Shown: in pieces, positions 28,463 through 44,988 of the stretch
How positions within the stretch are numbered: the stretch's first letter is position 1
Layout: every line of letters starts with the position of its first letter
Source of the DNA: the human T2T-CHM13v2.0 reference genome, Homo sapiens
Reading direction: 5' to 3' (one strand)
Length of the DNA: 64,000 nucleotides
NCBI RefSeq assembly: GCF_009914755.1
Contig: NC_060930.1
Notes under the pieces: model-generated
The model's input: only the letters and a program-made list of their open reading frames with translations
Told to the model about the DNA's origin: nothing
The model's database searches: none
Position numbers and translations under genes: made by a program

Positions 28463-28745
28463 CTTATTTATTTTAATTGACATATAAAATTGTATATATT
28501 TATAGCATAGAGCATGATGTTTATAAATACATATACATTCTGGCATAGCTAAATAAAGCTAATTAACATATGCATTACCTCACATATTATTTATTTGTGG
28601 TGAGAACACTTAAAATATACAATTTTCAAGTATTAATACATTCTTTTAACTGTAGTCACTAAGTTATACAATAGATTTCTTGAAATTATTCGTCCTTCTA
28701 ACTGATATTTTGTAGCCTTTGACCAGCATCTCCTCAATCCCTCAT
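28463..28745 (-). mobile_element. L1MA 3'-end fragment
   Basis: ttttaattgacatataaaattgtatatattta...attaacatatgcattacctcacat...gtggtgagaacacttaaaat. Confidence 0.8.
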
Positions 28746-28954
28746 TCTTCCTGCAAAGCATGTATTTTCTTCAAGATGACCTGAGCACCTATGAGCTCTC
28801 AGCATTTCATACACTGACCGCTATAGTCTGGCCAATTTATGACCCATTTCTTAGCTCTTTCCCCATTAACGCCTCCGGAGATATGTTCTATGTGGTTCAC
28901 AGCATCCACATCTGCTCTCCTAAAGTTCATACTACAACTCCTTACTCAAATAAG

Positions 28955-29180
28955 GACAGCAGCAAAGAGCATTGACTTTGGTGTCAGACAGACCTGGATT
29001 TGAATCTTGATTCTATCCCTTAGTAGCTATGTGACCTTGGGGAAGCTTTTCACCTCACTCAGCTTTATTTTCCTTATCTATATCATAGGTATGATAGTAA
29101 TACAACTTTCCTCCTAGCATTGTTACAAAGATTAACTAATGTATAAAGCACTTACATAGTGCCTGGCGTGTAAATGTTTA
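28955..29180 (+). mobile_element. MIR
   Basis: gactttggtgtcagacagacctggatttgaatc...gctatgtgaccttggggaag...gtataaagcacttacatagtgcctggc. Confidence 0.8.
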
Positions 29181-30109
29181 AATGTGGGGGCTTTCTGGGA
29201 TATAGTGTGAACTGAAAAATAAATAGAAGCCCAAAGACAAATATGTCCTTTTTCCTTCTTCTTTACTGCTCATCCACCTCCCACGCAGACACACCCACAC
29301 ACACAGTAATAGAGATAAACGTTGAGTCAACAAAGCAGACAGAGAAAATGGACACTGATTCAAGAGTTAAGAACTATAGTTACCCAGCAGCTGGAGCTGA
29401 CAGAAGAAGTCATTTCCAAAATGATAAAGTTAATGTCAAATGAATAAAATGAGAGTGAAAAAAACACAATTAAATTTGTTAAGATGTCACATGTATGTTT
29501 CTTTCTTATATTTCTTACTGTCTTCTATATCACCACCAAACTTCCAGTTTTATTTATTTTATTAACGTTTTTATTTTTGTGGGTGCATAGTAGGCGTATA
29601 TATTTACAGGGTACATGAGATGTTTTGATACTGGCATGCAATGAATACTAAAAACATCGTGGTAAATGGGGTTTCCATTTAATCCATTCTCCATGCTCTA
29701 TATTTTTATTCAAATAGATTTGCCTTCCAGAAAACCACCTAATCACTATCATATGAAAATCTTCATATTTATAGACTAGTTATCAAGCATTAAACAAATT
29801 ACTAAATAATTCCATAGGGCACTGTGCAGGTATGGTCAAAATAACACACACACTTGATCCATGGGAGTTTACAATGTAAAATGGAAAAACACACAAATTG
29901 GAAAGTTAAAAGAGTGTACAGTGATCTCCTTTCTATTCTTGTCCCCATTTTTCTCCATCCCTTCTTCCATAGGTGACCACATTTTTAAGTTTTAAATTTC
30001 TTATATATCTTTCCAGCATTCCATTATTCATTTAGAATAAAACAATTACAGATTTTTTCTCACAATTTCACACATAAAGTAGCATAAGTTTTGCTATTCT
30101 GAACATCAA

Positions 30110-31195
30110 CTTTTAAAAATTAAATCTATTTTGAGATAATTGTAGAGTCACATGTAGTTGTAAGAATAATACAGAGAGATCCCATGTATCTTTTACCAGT
30201 TTCTCCCAAAGGCAATAGCTTACAGAACTATAGTACAATATCACAACCAGAATAATAACATTGATAACACTCTGGCTTCACTGCAAGAATCCCTCAAGCT
30301 GTTCATTTTATAGCCACACCCCCTTTCTAGCCACTCCCATTCCCTCCTAACCCCTGGTAACCAAAATTGTATTCCTATTTCTAAATTTCTGTCATTTCAA
30401 GAACATTATATAAATGAAATTCTGTACTATATAATCTTTTGAAACAGACTTTCATCACTCAACATGATTCTGTGGTTATTTCACATCGTTGCATATGCCA
30501 ATACCTCCTTACTTTTTATTGCTGAGTAGTATTCTATGATAGTAATGTACCACAGTTAAGTTTTCACCCAGTAGGTTGTTTCTAATTTTTGCCTATTATG
30601 AATGAAGCCACCACAAACCTTCAGGTACAAGTTTCTGGGTGAACATAAGTTTTCATTTCCCTGGGATAAATGCCCAGGCATATATAATTGTTTGGTCATA
30701 AGATAGCGATGTTCACTTTTATGATAAAATATCAAACTGTTTTCCACAGCAGCTTTACCATTTAACATTCCCATAAGCAATGCTTGAGTAATTCAGTTTC
30801 TCCATATTTTTACCAGCATTTCATGTTTTAATTAGTTTCAATTTTATATTTTATGTTGATAGTTGTACAGCGATATCTTATTGTGGTTTTTATTTGCATT
30901 TTCCTAATGGCTAATGATGTTGAACAAATTTTCAAGTGTTTATTTACCACCTGTATATCCTCTTTGGTAAAATTTCTCCATGTCTTTTTCCTATTTTCTA
31001 CTTGGATTGCTTGTTTTTGTTATTGTTTGTTTGTTACTGTTGACTTTTAAGAGTTCTTCATGTATTTTAGATACTAGTCCTTGTTGGATATGTGGCTTAC
31101 AAACATTTTCTTTCAGTTTGTAGCTTATCTTTTCATCCACTAACATGGTCTTTCAAAAAGAAAATTTTAAAATTTTGACTGAGTCCAATTTATCC
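30110..31195 (-). mobile_element. L1MC-type 3' fragment
   Basis: ttttgagataattgtagagtcacatgtagttgtaagaataatacagagagatccc...tttgcattttcctaatggctaatgatgttgaac. Confidence 0.8.
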
Positions 31196-32199
31196 CCGAA
31201 TGTGGATCAAAGTTTAAGATTCCTTCTTAGTGTATGTTCTCTGACACCACCCTGACACCAGGGCTCTGGGAGGGACAAGTGGAGGGATGGTTTTACACTC
31301 AGCCTTTGCTCATATGGTTGGGAGTAAGGACATAATTTTTTTCTGTGGTATTTTGCTGGAGTAGTTATTGTCTAAAAGTTTTCTGTCATGCTAGCCTGCC
31401 CATTTTCTGGTCCTTTCGCTAGAGAGAGTAGGCTTTTGTTGAGGGTTTTTTGTTTGTTTTTTGTTTTTTGTTTTTTTTGTCTGCTCTCATCGGTGTTTCC
31501 AGGATGCCAGCTTTTTTAGCAACAAGTCTTGGGTATATAAGGCAGAAAGAAAACCCACGGCACTCACCACCTTGTTTTTCTTGGGTCCTGAGATTTGTAG
31601 CTGGTCTGCTACCTTCTCTCTACCTTTCAGAGTCTTCTTACATTTTCTTTGTTTTGTTTTTAATGCATGTATAATGTCTAAGATTTTGATTTGTAATTAG
31701 AGAGAGGAATAGGGAAAATTACTTCTACTCTACCTTCCTGGAAACTGTGCCTTATTTTTTCATTTAATTAAGAGAGTTATCTATGTCACTATATAGAGAC
31801 TTTCCCATTTTTACAGCTACACAGTATTCCATTACATGGATGTACCATAATTCATTTAGCCAGTCCCCTATTTTTGGGCACTTAAGGAATCATATGCAAT
31901 TATTAACAATTCTACAGGTAATAAGATCATACAAATGTCATTTTGCCTGCATGTAGTATATCTGTTGGACAAATTCCCCAAAAGCAGGATTACTGGATCA
32001 AAAGAAATATATGCATTTGTTTTTGTTAATTGTTGCCAAACTGCCCTCCATAGGAATGGTACCAATTTATACTTCAACAAGGCAAATATGAGAGTATCTA
32101 TTTTCCCACACAATGTGTTTGTTATCAATCATTTTCTCCAAATTTATATATGAAAAATGTATCTCGAGTTATTTTAATTTGCTTTGAGAGGAATCTAGC

Positions 32200-32302
32200 A
32201 CATATATATATATTTATACACATGTGTATATATATGCATATGTGTATATATGTATACATATAGATACACATATACACATATGTGTATATATGTGTATATA
32301 TG
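32200..32302. repeat. (TA/TG/CA)n low-complexity repeat within an old L1M fragment
   Basis: catatatatatatttatacacatgtgtatatatatgc... Confidence 0.8.
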
Positions 32303-34739
32303 TTATTTTTTTTTTCCAGAGCCATCTGTGTTTCCTTTTCTCTGACTTGATTGCACATATCCTTTGAACAATATTCTATCAGTTAGTTGGGCTTTATATT
32401 CATTTCTAGGATGGCTTTTTAAATTAAAGGTAAGGTATTATTTAAATATATTAAAATACATGCATTTTAAATAGTAGTTTGATGTGTTTTGACAAATATG
32501 TTCACTCATATAGCCACCAATACGGCCAACACATAGGACACTTCCATCACCAAAAATGTTCCCTTGTGCCCACTGGTAATAATTGCCCCTTCCCAAAACA
32601 TTCTCAGATATAACCTACTTAACAAAAAGCTGACTTAATTAAGAAGGACTAGGCAAGGCATTGTTTTATTGGCAGCTTAATTGCCCCTCTCCTTTGAGTC
32701 TAATTTTTAAGTAAAGCAGAAGGGTGAATATATGACTACTTTATCATCTTAAATTATGAGCCATTTGAGGACAGGAAACGTGGCTTTAATGTATTTTATA
32801 CTGCATTTAGCATTTGCAAGTATTTAACGGACTTTATTGTCAATCAGCATTTGCTTCTAACTTGAAACTAGTGATCAATTGTTCATTAAAAATGAAGAAA
32901 TAATTGACTTGTGGTTTATAATATAAAACAGCCTCTTCTTACCTGATGTTTTATTCCTGACTAAACAATTGTGAGTAAATACTTATATTCTTCTGAAGAA
33001 AAAAGGATGACAGCAATAGTATACAGACCTTTTCAACAAAATTACGGTGAGCAATGCATCCTCATATTGAAGTGCTCTACTGCAGAGCTGATGTGTAATC
33101 ACTGAGCCCCAGCCAGCTTCACAGGGCTGAAGAGGAAAGCCATTTTGCCCCTATAGACCAGAGGATCAGCTTTCAATTACTGCAATTTGACTTATTTTTA
33201 CATTGTTTTTATCAGTGTGGGAAGAATGAAAGTCATAGAATCTGAAGATAGATGGAAGTCATCTCAATTAATTTTCAATTTATTACTCTAGGTAGCATGG
33301 AGATCTTTAACCCTTTGTATCAGCCATTCCAGCAAATAAACGTGAATCTACTATAAAATGTCAAGTTCTCAACGCCAACATTTTAGATAGGTTGAATGGG
33401 GCTGTTGCTAAGCAAGTAGCATTCCTCTAAAATTAAAATCAAACAGAAAATCTTTTTCATTGGAAGTATCTAAATATGATTAAGAGTAGGTGCTACTTAA
33501 GATCATATTTATGGTGAAGTTCTACATAAATGTGGCTTTCACCATTCAAAATAACAACTTGCATATTCAAGTAAATCTCCTTGTAATGAGGAATGAAGTC
33601 TCTTTTTCTAAAAACTTCACAAATATGTTTACTCCTGCAGCCACCAACAAAATAAGTACTTAGAATATTTTAGAGAAAACACTTCCCCAAGCAGCAGAAT
33701 GCTTTACTTGTGCTAGCCACAAAATTAACGTAAGCCCTAAATAACCTAATAAATGGATAGCTTAATCCCATTTCAATGCCTCTCACCCTCACCCAGTAGA
33801 CTCTTTCAAATTCAAATAACTCCACCTGTTTTCCTAAATGCAAAAAGAGGCCTAGTCAAAAAGTTGCTACATTCATATTTTCTGTACTTATAAACTAAAT
33901 TGGAAGTCCTTCCAAACTCTAATTTTGCTCCAGGTCAGGTAATTTTTCTCTAGAAAGTTTCACAATTATTAAATTTCTTATTTAGTCTCTGAACAATTCT
34001 ACATATAGTTTTTGGGTACAATATCAGTGAAACCTTTCCAAGCCATTCTTGTTCAATGACAATATGAGAAGCAATGGTAAGCAATAGGTTCACACTTAAG
34101 TTTATAGCCACAGTTCCACTTTGGGGCATAAGTTCATTGATGTGCAAATATGATACAATTTTGAAAATACTATAGTGTGGGGGGTTTGAAGAGAGATATC
34201 CCAAACAAAACAGACTTATGAAGAACTCAAATGAATAATACCTATTGAATTAAACTACACAGAAAATGATTAATCAATAATTAATAATTAGGAGTAACTT
34301 TTATATATATATATTATATTTTAATCCATTCCTGACATATATTTTAATCCATTCCTGACCCCTCAGGCTTGTTCTCCCTTTGGGTCAAAGGAGTGTCTAA
34401 ACAGAGAAAACAGAAAAATTGTACAGAAAATGAAACAAATGTGAATATGCCAAAACCTAAAATCTAAGAGGCAGAGTCATCCTATAGATGTAGTGAACTT
34501 TATAAAATACTAACAAAGAAAAAATAATATTTGTATATTGTTTTTTAGAAGTTGTATCTGATTACAACAAAGCTGTCTTCAAAATTATTAATTTTTCGTT
34601 ATTCATTTTGTCTGTATCAAATAGAATGAAATTCCATGTCAGGAGAATATATTATTTGTTGAAATGAGCCAGAAGTTATCAAATGCAGGTCATGTGAATA
34701 AAGTATGTGACAAAGCTGGTTAATGCCATTTTTTAAAAC

Positions 34740-35600
34740 TCAAACACAAAGGGGGCAGTTTGGCATCAAAATAAGTAATGATGGTAAAATATTACAACCT
34801 ATTGAATAAAAAAATTCATGAGTCTTAACTGATATAGACACATAATACATACAAACATGCATAATCAGGGAGAAAAGAAAGTTCTTCTTTGCAATGGAAT
34901 GTTAATTAATAGCTACAGAAAGAACGAGAGAAAATTGTCATTTTGCAACATCATAGTAATAATTGATCCAGGCAAGAGTCAACAGTGAATGTCCCACAGA
35001 TTGTTTATTAATTACAAAGACAAAAATGGTAACTTTCCAGAAGAAAAATTTGGTAGACAGCACCTTCAATGAGTGATGAAGGTTGAGATCATCAGTAATG
35101 GAGCAAACTCAATCTCAAACCACCTGCTATAAACCACCAAGAAGGACACAGCAACATTTGTTTGGCATTCTTGGTAAAAAGGCATAATCTAATTTCTAAT
35201 TATGAGTTAACATCAAACAAACGCAAACTGAGGAGCACTCTATCAAATAACTAGCCTGTACTTTTTAAAAATGTCAAGATATGACTCACAAAGAAAGACT
35301 GGGGAACAATCCCAAATTTTTAAGATATAACTAAATTCAATACATGATCCTGGAATGGATCCTGGCCTGGGGAAAAAATAATTATACAGAATATCATTGG
35401 GACAATTGATAAAATCTGAATATGGACCATGGATAATAGTAATGTTTCAATGTTAACTTTTCTGATTTTATCATTGCATTGTGGTTATGCAAGAGAATAT
35501 CCTTGTTCCTGGGAAAAACACGTTGATGACTTCAGTACAAATGAGCATGATATCTAAAATTTACTCTCAAGTGTTTCAGAGAAAAATACAAACATATATT
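34740..35600 (+). mobile_element. Old L1MC/L1ME 3' fragment, split by the L1PA4 insertion (resumes ~41499-41635)
   Basis: atgttaactttctgatttt...gtggttatgcaagagaatatccttgttc before the L1PA; tctgggtaaaag...ttttgtaagtttgaaataat after it. Confidence 0.65.
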
Positions 35601-36642
35601 TAAAAAGCATAAGTTGGGTGGAGCCAAGATGGCCAAATAGGGACAGCTCCAGTCTACAGCTCCCAGCATGAGCGACACAGAAGACAGGTGATTTCTGTAT
35701 TTCCAACCGAGGTACCAGGTTCATCTCACTGGGGAGTGTTGGACAGTGGGTGCAGGACAGTGGGTGCAGTGCACCAAGTGTGAGCCGAAGCAGGGAGAGG
35801 CATCGCCTCACCTGGGAAGTGCAAGGGGTCAGGGAATTCCCTTTCCTAGTCAAAGAAAGGGGTGACAGATGGCACCTGGAAAATCGGGTCACTCCCACCC
35901 TAATACTGTGCTATTCCAAACGGTCTTAGCAAACAGCACACCAGAAGATTATGTCCTGCACCTGGTTCGGAGGGTCCTATGCTCACGGAGCCTTGCTCAT
36001 TGCTAGCACAGCAGTCTGAGATGAAACTGCAAGGCAGCAGTCAGGCCGGGGGAGGGGCGGCCGCCATTGCCAAGACTTGAGTAGGTAAACAAAGCTGCCG
36101 GGAAGCTCGAACTGGGTGGAGCCCACCACAGCTCAAGGAGGCCTGCCTGCCTCTGTAGACGCCACCTCTGGGGGCAGGGCATAGCCAAACAAAAGGCAGC
36201 AGAAACCTCTGCAGACTTAAAAGTCCCTGTCTGACAGCTTTGAAGAGAGCAGTGGTTCTCCCAGCACGCAGCTGGAGATCTGAGAACGGACAGACTGCCT
36301 CCTCAAGTGGGTCCCTGACCCCCGAGTAGCCTAACTGGGAGGCACCCCCCAGTAGGGGCAGACTGACACCTCACACGGCCATGTACTCCTCTGAGAAAAA
36401 ACTTCCAGGGGAAGGATCAGGCAGCAACATTTGCTGCTCACCAATATCCACTGTTCTCCAGCCTCCACTGCTGATACCCAGGCAAACAGGGTCTGGAGTA
36501 GACCTCCAGCAAACTCCAACAGATCTGCAGCTGAGGGTTCTGACTGTTAGAAGGAAAACTAACAAACAGACAGGACATCCACACCAAAACCCCATCTGTA
36601 TGTCACCATCGTCAAAGACCAAAGGTAGATAAAGCCACAAAC

Positions 36643-37659
36643 ATGGGGAAAAAACAGAGCAGAAAAACCGGAAACTCTAAAAATCAGAGTGCCTCTCCTC
36701 CTCCAAAGGAACGCAGCTCCTCACCAGCAACGGAACAAAGCTGGATGGAGAATGCTTTGACGAGTTGAGAGAAGAAGGCTTCAGACGATCAAACTACTCC
36801 GAGCTAAAGGAGGAAGTTCAAACCCATGGCAAAGAAGTTAAAAACCTTGAAAAAAAAATTAGACAAATGGCTAACTAGAATAACCAATGCAGAGAAGTCC
36901 TTAAAGGACCTGATGGAGCTGAAAACCAAGGCATGAGAACTATGTGAAGAATGCACAAGCCTCAGTAGCCAATTCGATCAACTGGAAGAAAGAGTATCAG
37001 TGATGGAAGATGAAATGAATGAAATGAAGCGAGAAGAGAATTTTAGAGAAAAAAGAATAAAAAGAAGGGAACAAAGCCTCCAAGAAATATGGGACTATGT
37101 GAAAAGACCAAATCTACGTCTCATTGGTGTACCTGAAAGTGACGGGGAGAATGGAACCAAGTTGGAAAACACTCTGCAGGATATTATCCGGGAGAACTTC
37201 CCCAATCTAGCAAGGCAGGCCAACATTCAAATTCAGGAAATACAGAGAATGCCACAAAGATACTCCTCGAGAAGAGCAACTCCAAGACACATAATTGTCA
37301 AATTCACCAAAGTTGAAATGAAGGAAAAAATGTTAAGGGCAACCAGAGAGAAAGACCAGGTTACCCACAAATGGAAGCCCATCAGACTAACAGCTGATCT
37401 CTTGGCAGAAACTCTACAAGCCAGAAGAGAGTGGGGGCCAATATTCAACATTCTTAAAGGAAAGAATTTTCAACCCAGAATTTCATATCCAGCCAAACTA
37501 AGCTTCATAAGTGAAGGAGAAATAAAATCCTTTACAGACAAGCAAATGCTGAGAGATTTTGTCACCACCAGGCCTGCCCTGAAAGAGCTCCTGAAGGAAG
37601 CACTAAACATGGAAAGGAACAACCGGTACCAGCCACTGCAAAAACATGCCAAATTGTAA
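36643..37659 (+). pseudogene. L1 ORF1p remnant (frameshift and stop in the N-terminal part; C-terminal 219 aa open)
   Basis: MGKKQSRK start; ORF-track 37000-37659 contains EQSLQEIWDYVKRPNLRLIGVPE...RPALKELLKEAL. Confidence 0.93.
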
Positions 37660-37722
37660 AGACCATCAAAGCTAGGAAGAAACTGCATCAACTAACGAGC
37701 AAAATAACCAGCTAAGATCATA

Positions 37723-41219
<3,497 letters not shown>

Positions 41220-42614
41220 ACAATGAGAACACATGGACACAGGAAGGGGAACATTCACACACTGGGGCCTGTTGTGGGGTGGGGGTAGTGGGGAGGGATG
41301 GCATTAGGAGATATACCTAATGTTAAATGATGAGTTAATTGGTGGAGCACAACATGGCACATGTATACATATGTAACAAACCTGCACATTGTGCACATGT
41401 ACCCTAAAACTTAAAGTGTATTAAAAAAATAAAATAAATAAAAATAAATAAAATAAAATAAAAAGGGAAATAAAATAAAAAAATAAAAAGCATAAGTTAA
41501 AATAAGAGAGTAAATGGGGTCAAGATTTAAGCAATTTGTGTATCTGGGTAAAAGTACATATAACAGAAATTCTGTGTGCTCTTCTCATCTTTTTGTAAGT
41601 TTGAAATAATGCAGAAATAACTCGTAAGAAATAAAAGAGAATATAGTCATTAAACTTTCTTAGGAGACCATAGGAAGTGTATAAAAATATTCTTTAAAAG
41701 GTTTGGAATCATAGAAACATAGTAGGAATCATACAAATCTATGCTAAATAATCCTTAGCAAGAAGAGCCCATGAGATTGCATGCCTCTAGGCTGTGAATA
41801 TCCTAGGCACATGCTGGCTCCACCCTCTTGCCAGAGAGTGGTCCCATCTCTAGTGGTACCATGTGCCATAATACTCTCTTTAGTTCGTATCTTAGTCACA
41901 TGGTTTGGAACACTCAGTTCCCTATTTGTACAGCTAGTTAAATGTAAGTGTGTTTATTTGGGAAATAATCATTTGTCCTCTTTGATAATATAAAACAATT
42001 ATTTACCTCATGTTTACAGATAGGGCCCTTTGCAAATAAAGCTATAAACAACTAGCAAAAAAAAAAATAGCCTACAACTCTTGAGGCAAACATCAATTTC
42101 ATAAAATGAAAGACATTGCAAAAATACTAATAGAGTTTAGTCAAACAGTATATACATATACATATATATGTATATATGCATATATGTGGCTGCAAATACA
42201 GTCAGAATAGCAGTACTTTACTGAGTATTTTAGTCAAGATGAAAATTTATTAGACATAATTCCCTTTTAATAAGTGACTAGTGCCTCTAAATATTTTCTT
42301 CATATCTTACTTGTTTTATCCCCAAAATATCACTCAATTCTCAAACTGGAGGAAGACTGCTCTCTCCAGTAGTAGCTTTAAATCTCACATAGCAAATGTC
42401 AAAACATAAGAAGTCATTTAACTGAGTCTAAAATTATTTCCCTGCTAAACGGGGTAATACTAGTATTTATGGCATAGGATCATAAATATTTAAAATGTTA
42501 AATGCTTTTTAAAGGGCATACCATAGTGCTTGGAGCATAATCAGAACTCATACAAGAAACACAGATCACAGTATTTTTGCCTAGAAAGACATGTGCTTGG
42601 TGATCATGATGATC

Positions 42615-43066
42615 ATTTTTTAATTGATATGTAATAGTTACATGTATTTATGAGGTACATGAGGGTTTTCTTTAGATATGTGCACACAATACATAAAGAT
42701 CAAATCAGGGTAATTAGGATATCCACCACCTCAAACAATTATTTTGTGTGTGTGTTGGGAACATTGCAGATTGTCTCTTCTACCTATTTTCAAATATACA
42801 ATAAATTCTTGTTAACTATAGTTTCCCTACAGTGCTATTGAACACTGTACTTATTTCTTGTATCTTACTGTATTTTTGTACCCCTTAACCAAGTGTTCTT
42901 CATCCGTGCTACCCTTCCCAGCCTCTGTAACCACCATTGTACTCTCTACCTTTATGTGATTCATTTCTTTTAGCTCCCACATATGAGTGAGAACATGCAA
43001 ATAAACTGAGCCTGGCTTATTTTACTTAACATAATGACCTCCAGTTTGATCCATGTTGCGGCAAAT
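42615..43066 (-). mobile_element. L1MA 3'-end fragment
   Basis: gatcaaatcagggtaattaggatatccaccacctcaaac...tttagctcccacatatgagtgagaacatgc. Confidence 0.85.
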
Positions 43067-44659
43067 TTCTTATTGAGCTTTTCTTCAGTTCTCTCAAAGT
43101 GATACATGTAAACAACCATTCCCTTACATGTCGAGCAGTATATGCATTGAAAATCATTTAAGAAGAATTATTCAGTTCTTATGCTCAGCTACAATGGCCA
43201 TTCAATTCCTGGGAGCAGTCTGATGCTGATGTACAAAAGTGCATCCGTTCTCCTATGCCCGCACTGTTTCTATTTATAGTGGCTACTAAACAAGGCTGCA
43301 GGAACAGAGACCACAGCACAGCGGCCACCTTCCAGTGGCTGTCTGCCTTTACTTCTTGCTATAAGAAATGCCTTTTGTCACATCCTGAGATCAAAAAACA
43401 CATTTTATTCCATTATTCGTGATTGTTTTCTACTGAAAGATCACAAAATTTCTGATTATATAAAGACTTATTTTGACCTCCGGGACTTTTTAAACACACA
43501 CATACACACGCATCTAGTTTTGTAGACAGATGAAATTACTCATTACCTTTTTGAAGGAGTTAAAATAGAAAGCAGTTTTCCGACTGTGAAGCACAGCACT
43601 TTCCTATTTTTTCTAAAAGTGGCATGTTAATAGGAAAAGCTATCAAAAAGAGCTATTTCTGTTTGGGCATAGAAAATAATCTCTAGACGTGATGTTGTTT
43701 CAGATTGATTTCTCTCTCAGTGTTTCTTTGCACATGTTGTTATTACTTTTTAGGAAAGCATACTGAAAAAGAATATATAACAGGACAAAACACTCTCCCA
43801 TGAGGCTTTGAAACAGATCTTACATAATTAAGTGCCAAGAATAATAATTCGTCTTTTTGTTGTCACACATTCTACTTATCTGAGAAGGCAAAATGGAAAA
43901 TCAGAAAAGAACAGATCTCAGGGTCCCTGCTTTCTCATGTGTGCTATTTATTTTATGTTTTTTTCCTTCCTCTCTGAAGTCTTATTTATTTACATGTGCA
44001 AACACTGTCAAATCTCTTCCAGTTTTCTCATTCCCAGACAAGCTTCTAGAAAGAAGAGTCTGCTCCCAGTGGCTCAGTTTGCTTTCATCATGCTTGGCAG
44101 CACCTCTGCTTTCTGCCCTCTGACTCCTGAGCTCCTCGGACCACCAACATGGTGATCACCCACTTAGTTGCTACAGCCAAGGGACCTGTCTACATCCAGT
44201 TCCAGTTTGGGCATGCCGAAACACTCCTGCAAATTGTTACTTCCCAATGTTCCCCACTTGCCCTTCTCCCAAATCTCTGGTTTGTTATTCTTAATTTCTT
44301 TGGAGGCCTCCCTTTTCCTTAAATATTGGTGTTTCTATTTTTTTCCTCTCTCTCCTCACTCTACATACTCCTCTTAGATGTAGAACGAATTCATTCCCAT
44401 AGCTTCAAGTTCCACGTGGGTCCCAGTGAATCCTATTTGTAGCACAACTTCTGTCCTGTCAATCTTCTTTATCAGACAAATCCTCTTAGATCTAGCCAGT
44501 AGCTCAAACGCCACATTCCAGAATGGAGTTTAGTATCTTCCTACTGCCCAGGCTGTGCATTCTCCTGAGCTTCCTCCAATGGATGAAGCGACCTGTAGTA
44601 ATAATAGTAGCTCACATTTATTCAGTATTTATTCTGCACCAGGCAGTTTGTTACTTTTC

Positions 44660-44988
44660 CTTTTTTTTTCTGACTTTTGTTTTAGGTTTGGGGGGTACAT
44701 GTGCAGGTTTGTTACATGGTAAATTGCGTGCCACTGGGGTTTGGTGTATGAATAATCCCATTACCGAGGTAGTGAATATAGTACACAGCAGTTAGTTTTT
44801 CAACACTTGCCTCCCCACTGCCCTCTCTCCTCTAGTAGTCCCCGGTGTCTCTTGTTCTCATCTTTGTGTCCATGTGTACTCAAGAATCATCTATGACAAG
44901 CCCACAGCCAACATCATACTGAATGGGAAAAGCTGGAAGCATTCCCCTGAGAAGCAGAAAAAGACAAGAACGTGCACTCTCACCACTT
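44660..44988 (-). mobile_element. Short old L1PA insertion with 5' inversion, inside a MIR
   Basis: Antisense L1 3'UTR (44660-44883, gggggtacatgtgcaggtttgttacatgg) fused to a sense ORF2 fragment (44884-44988, ctatgacaagcccacagccaacatcatactgaatggg). Confidence 0.8.

Noticed and set aside
35741-35769. GGACAGTGGGTGCA tandem repeat in the L1 5'UTR
   Set aside because: As I recall, this is part of the L1PA subfamily consensus rather than a copy-specific event.
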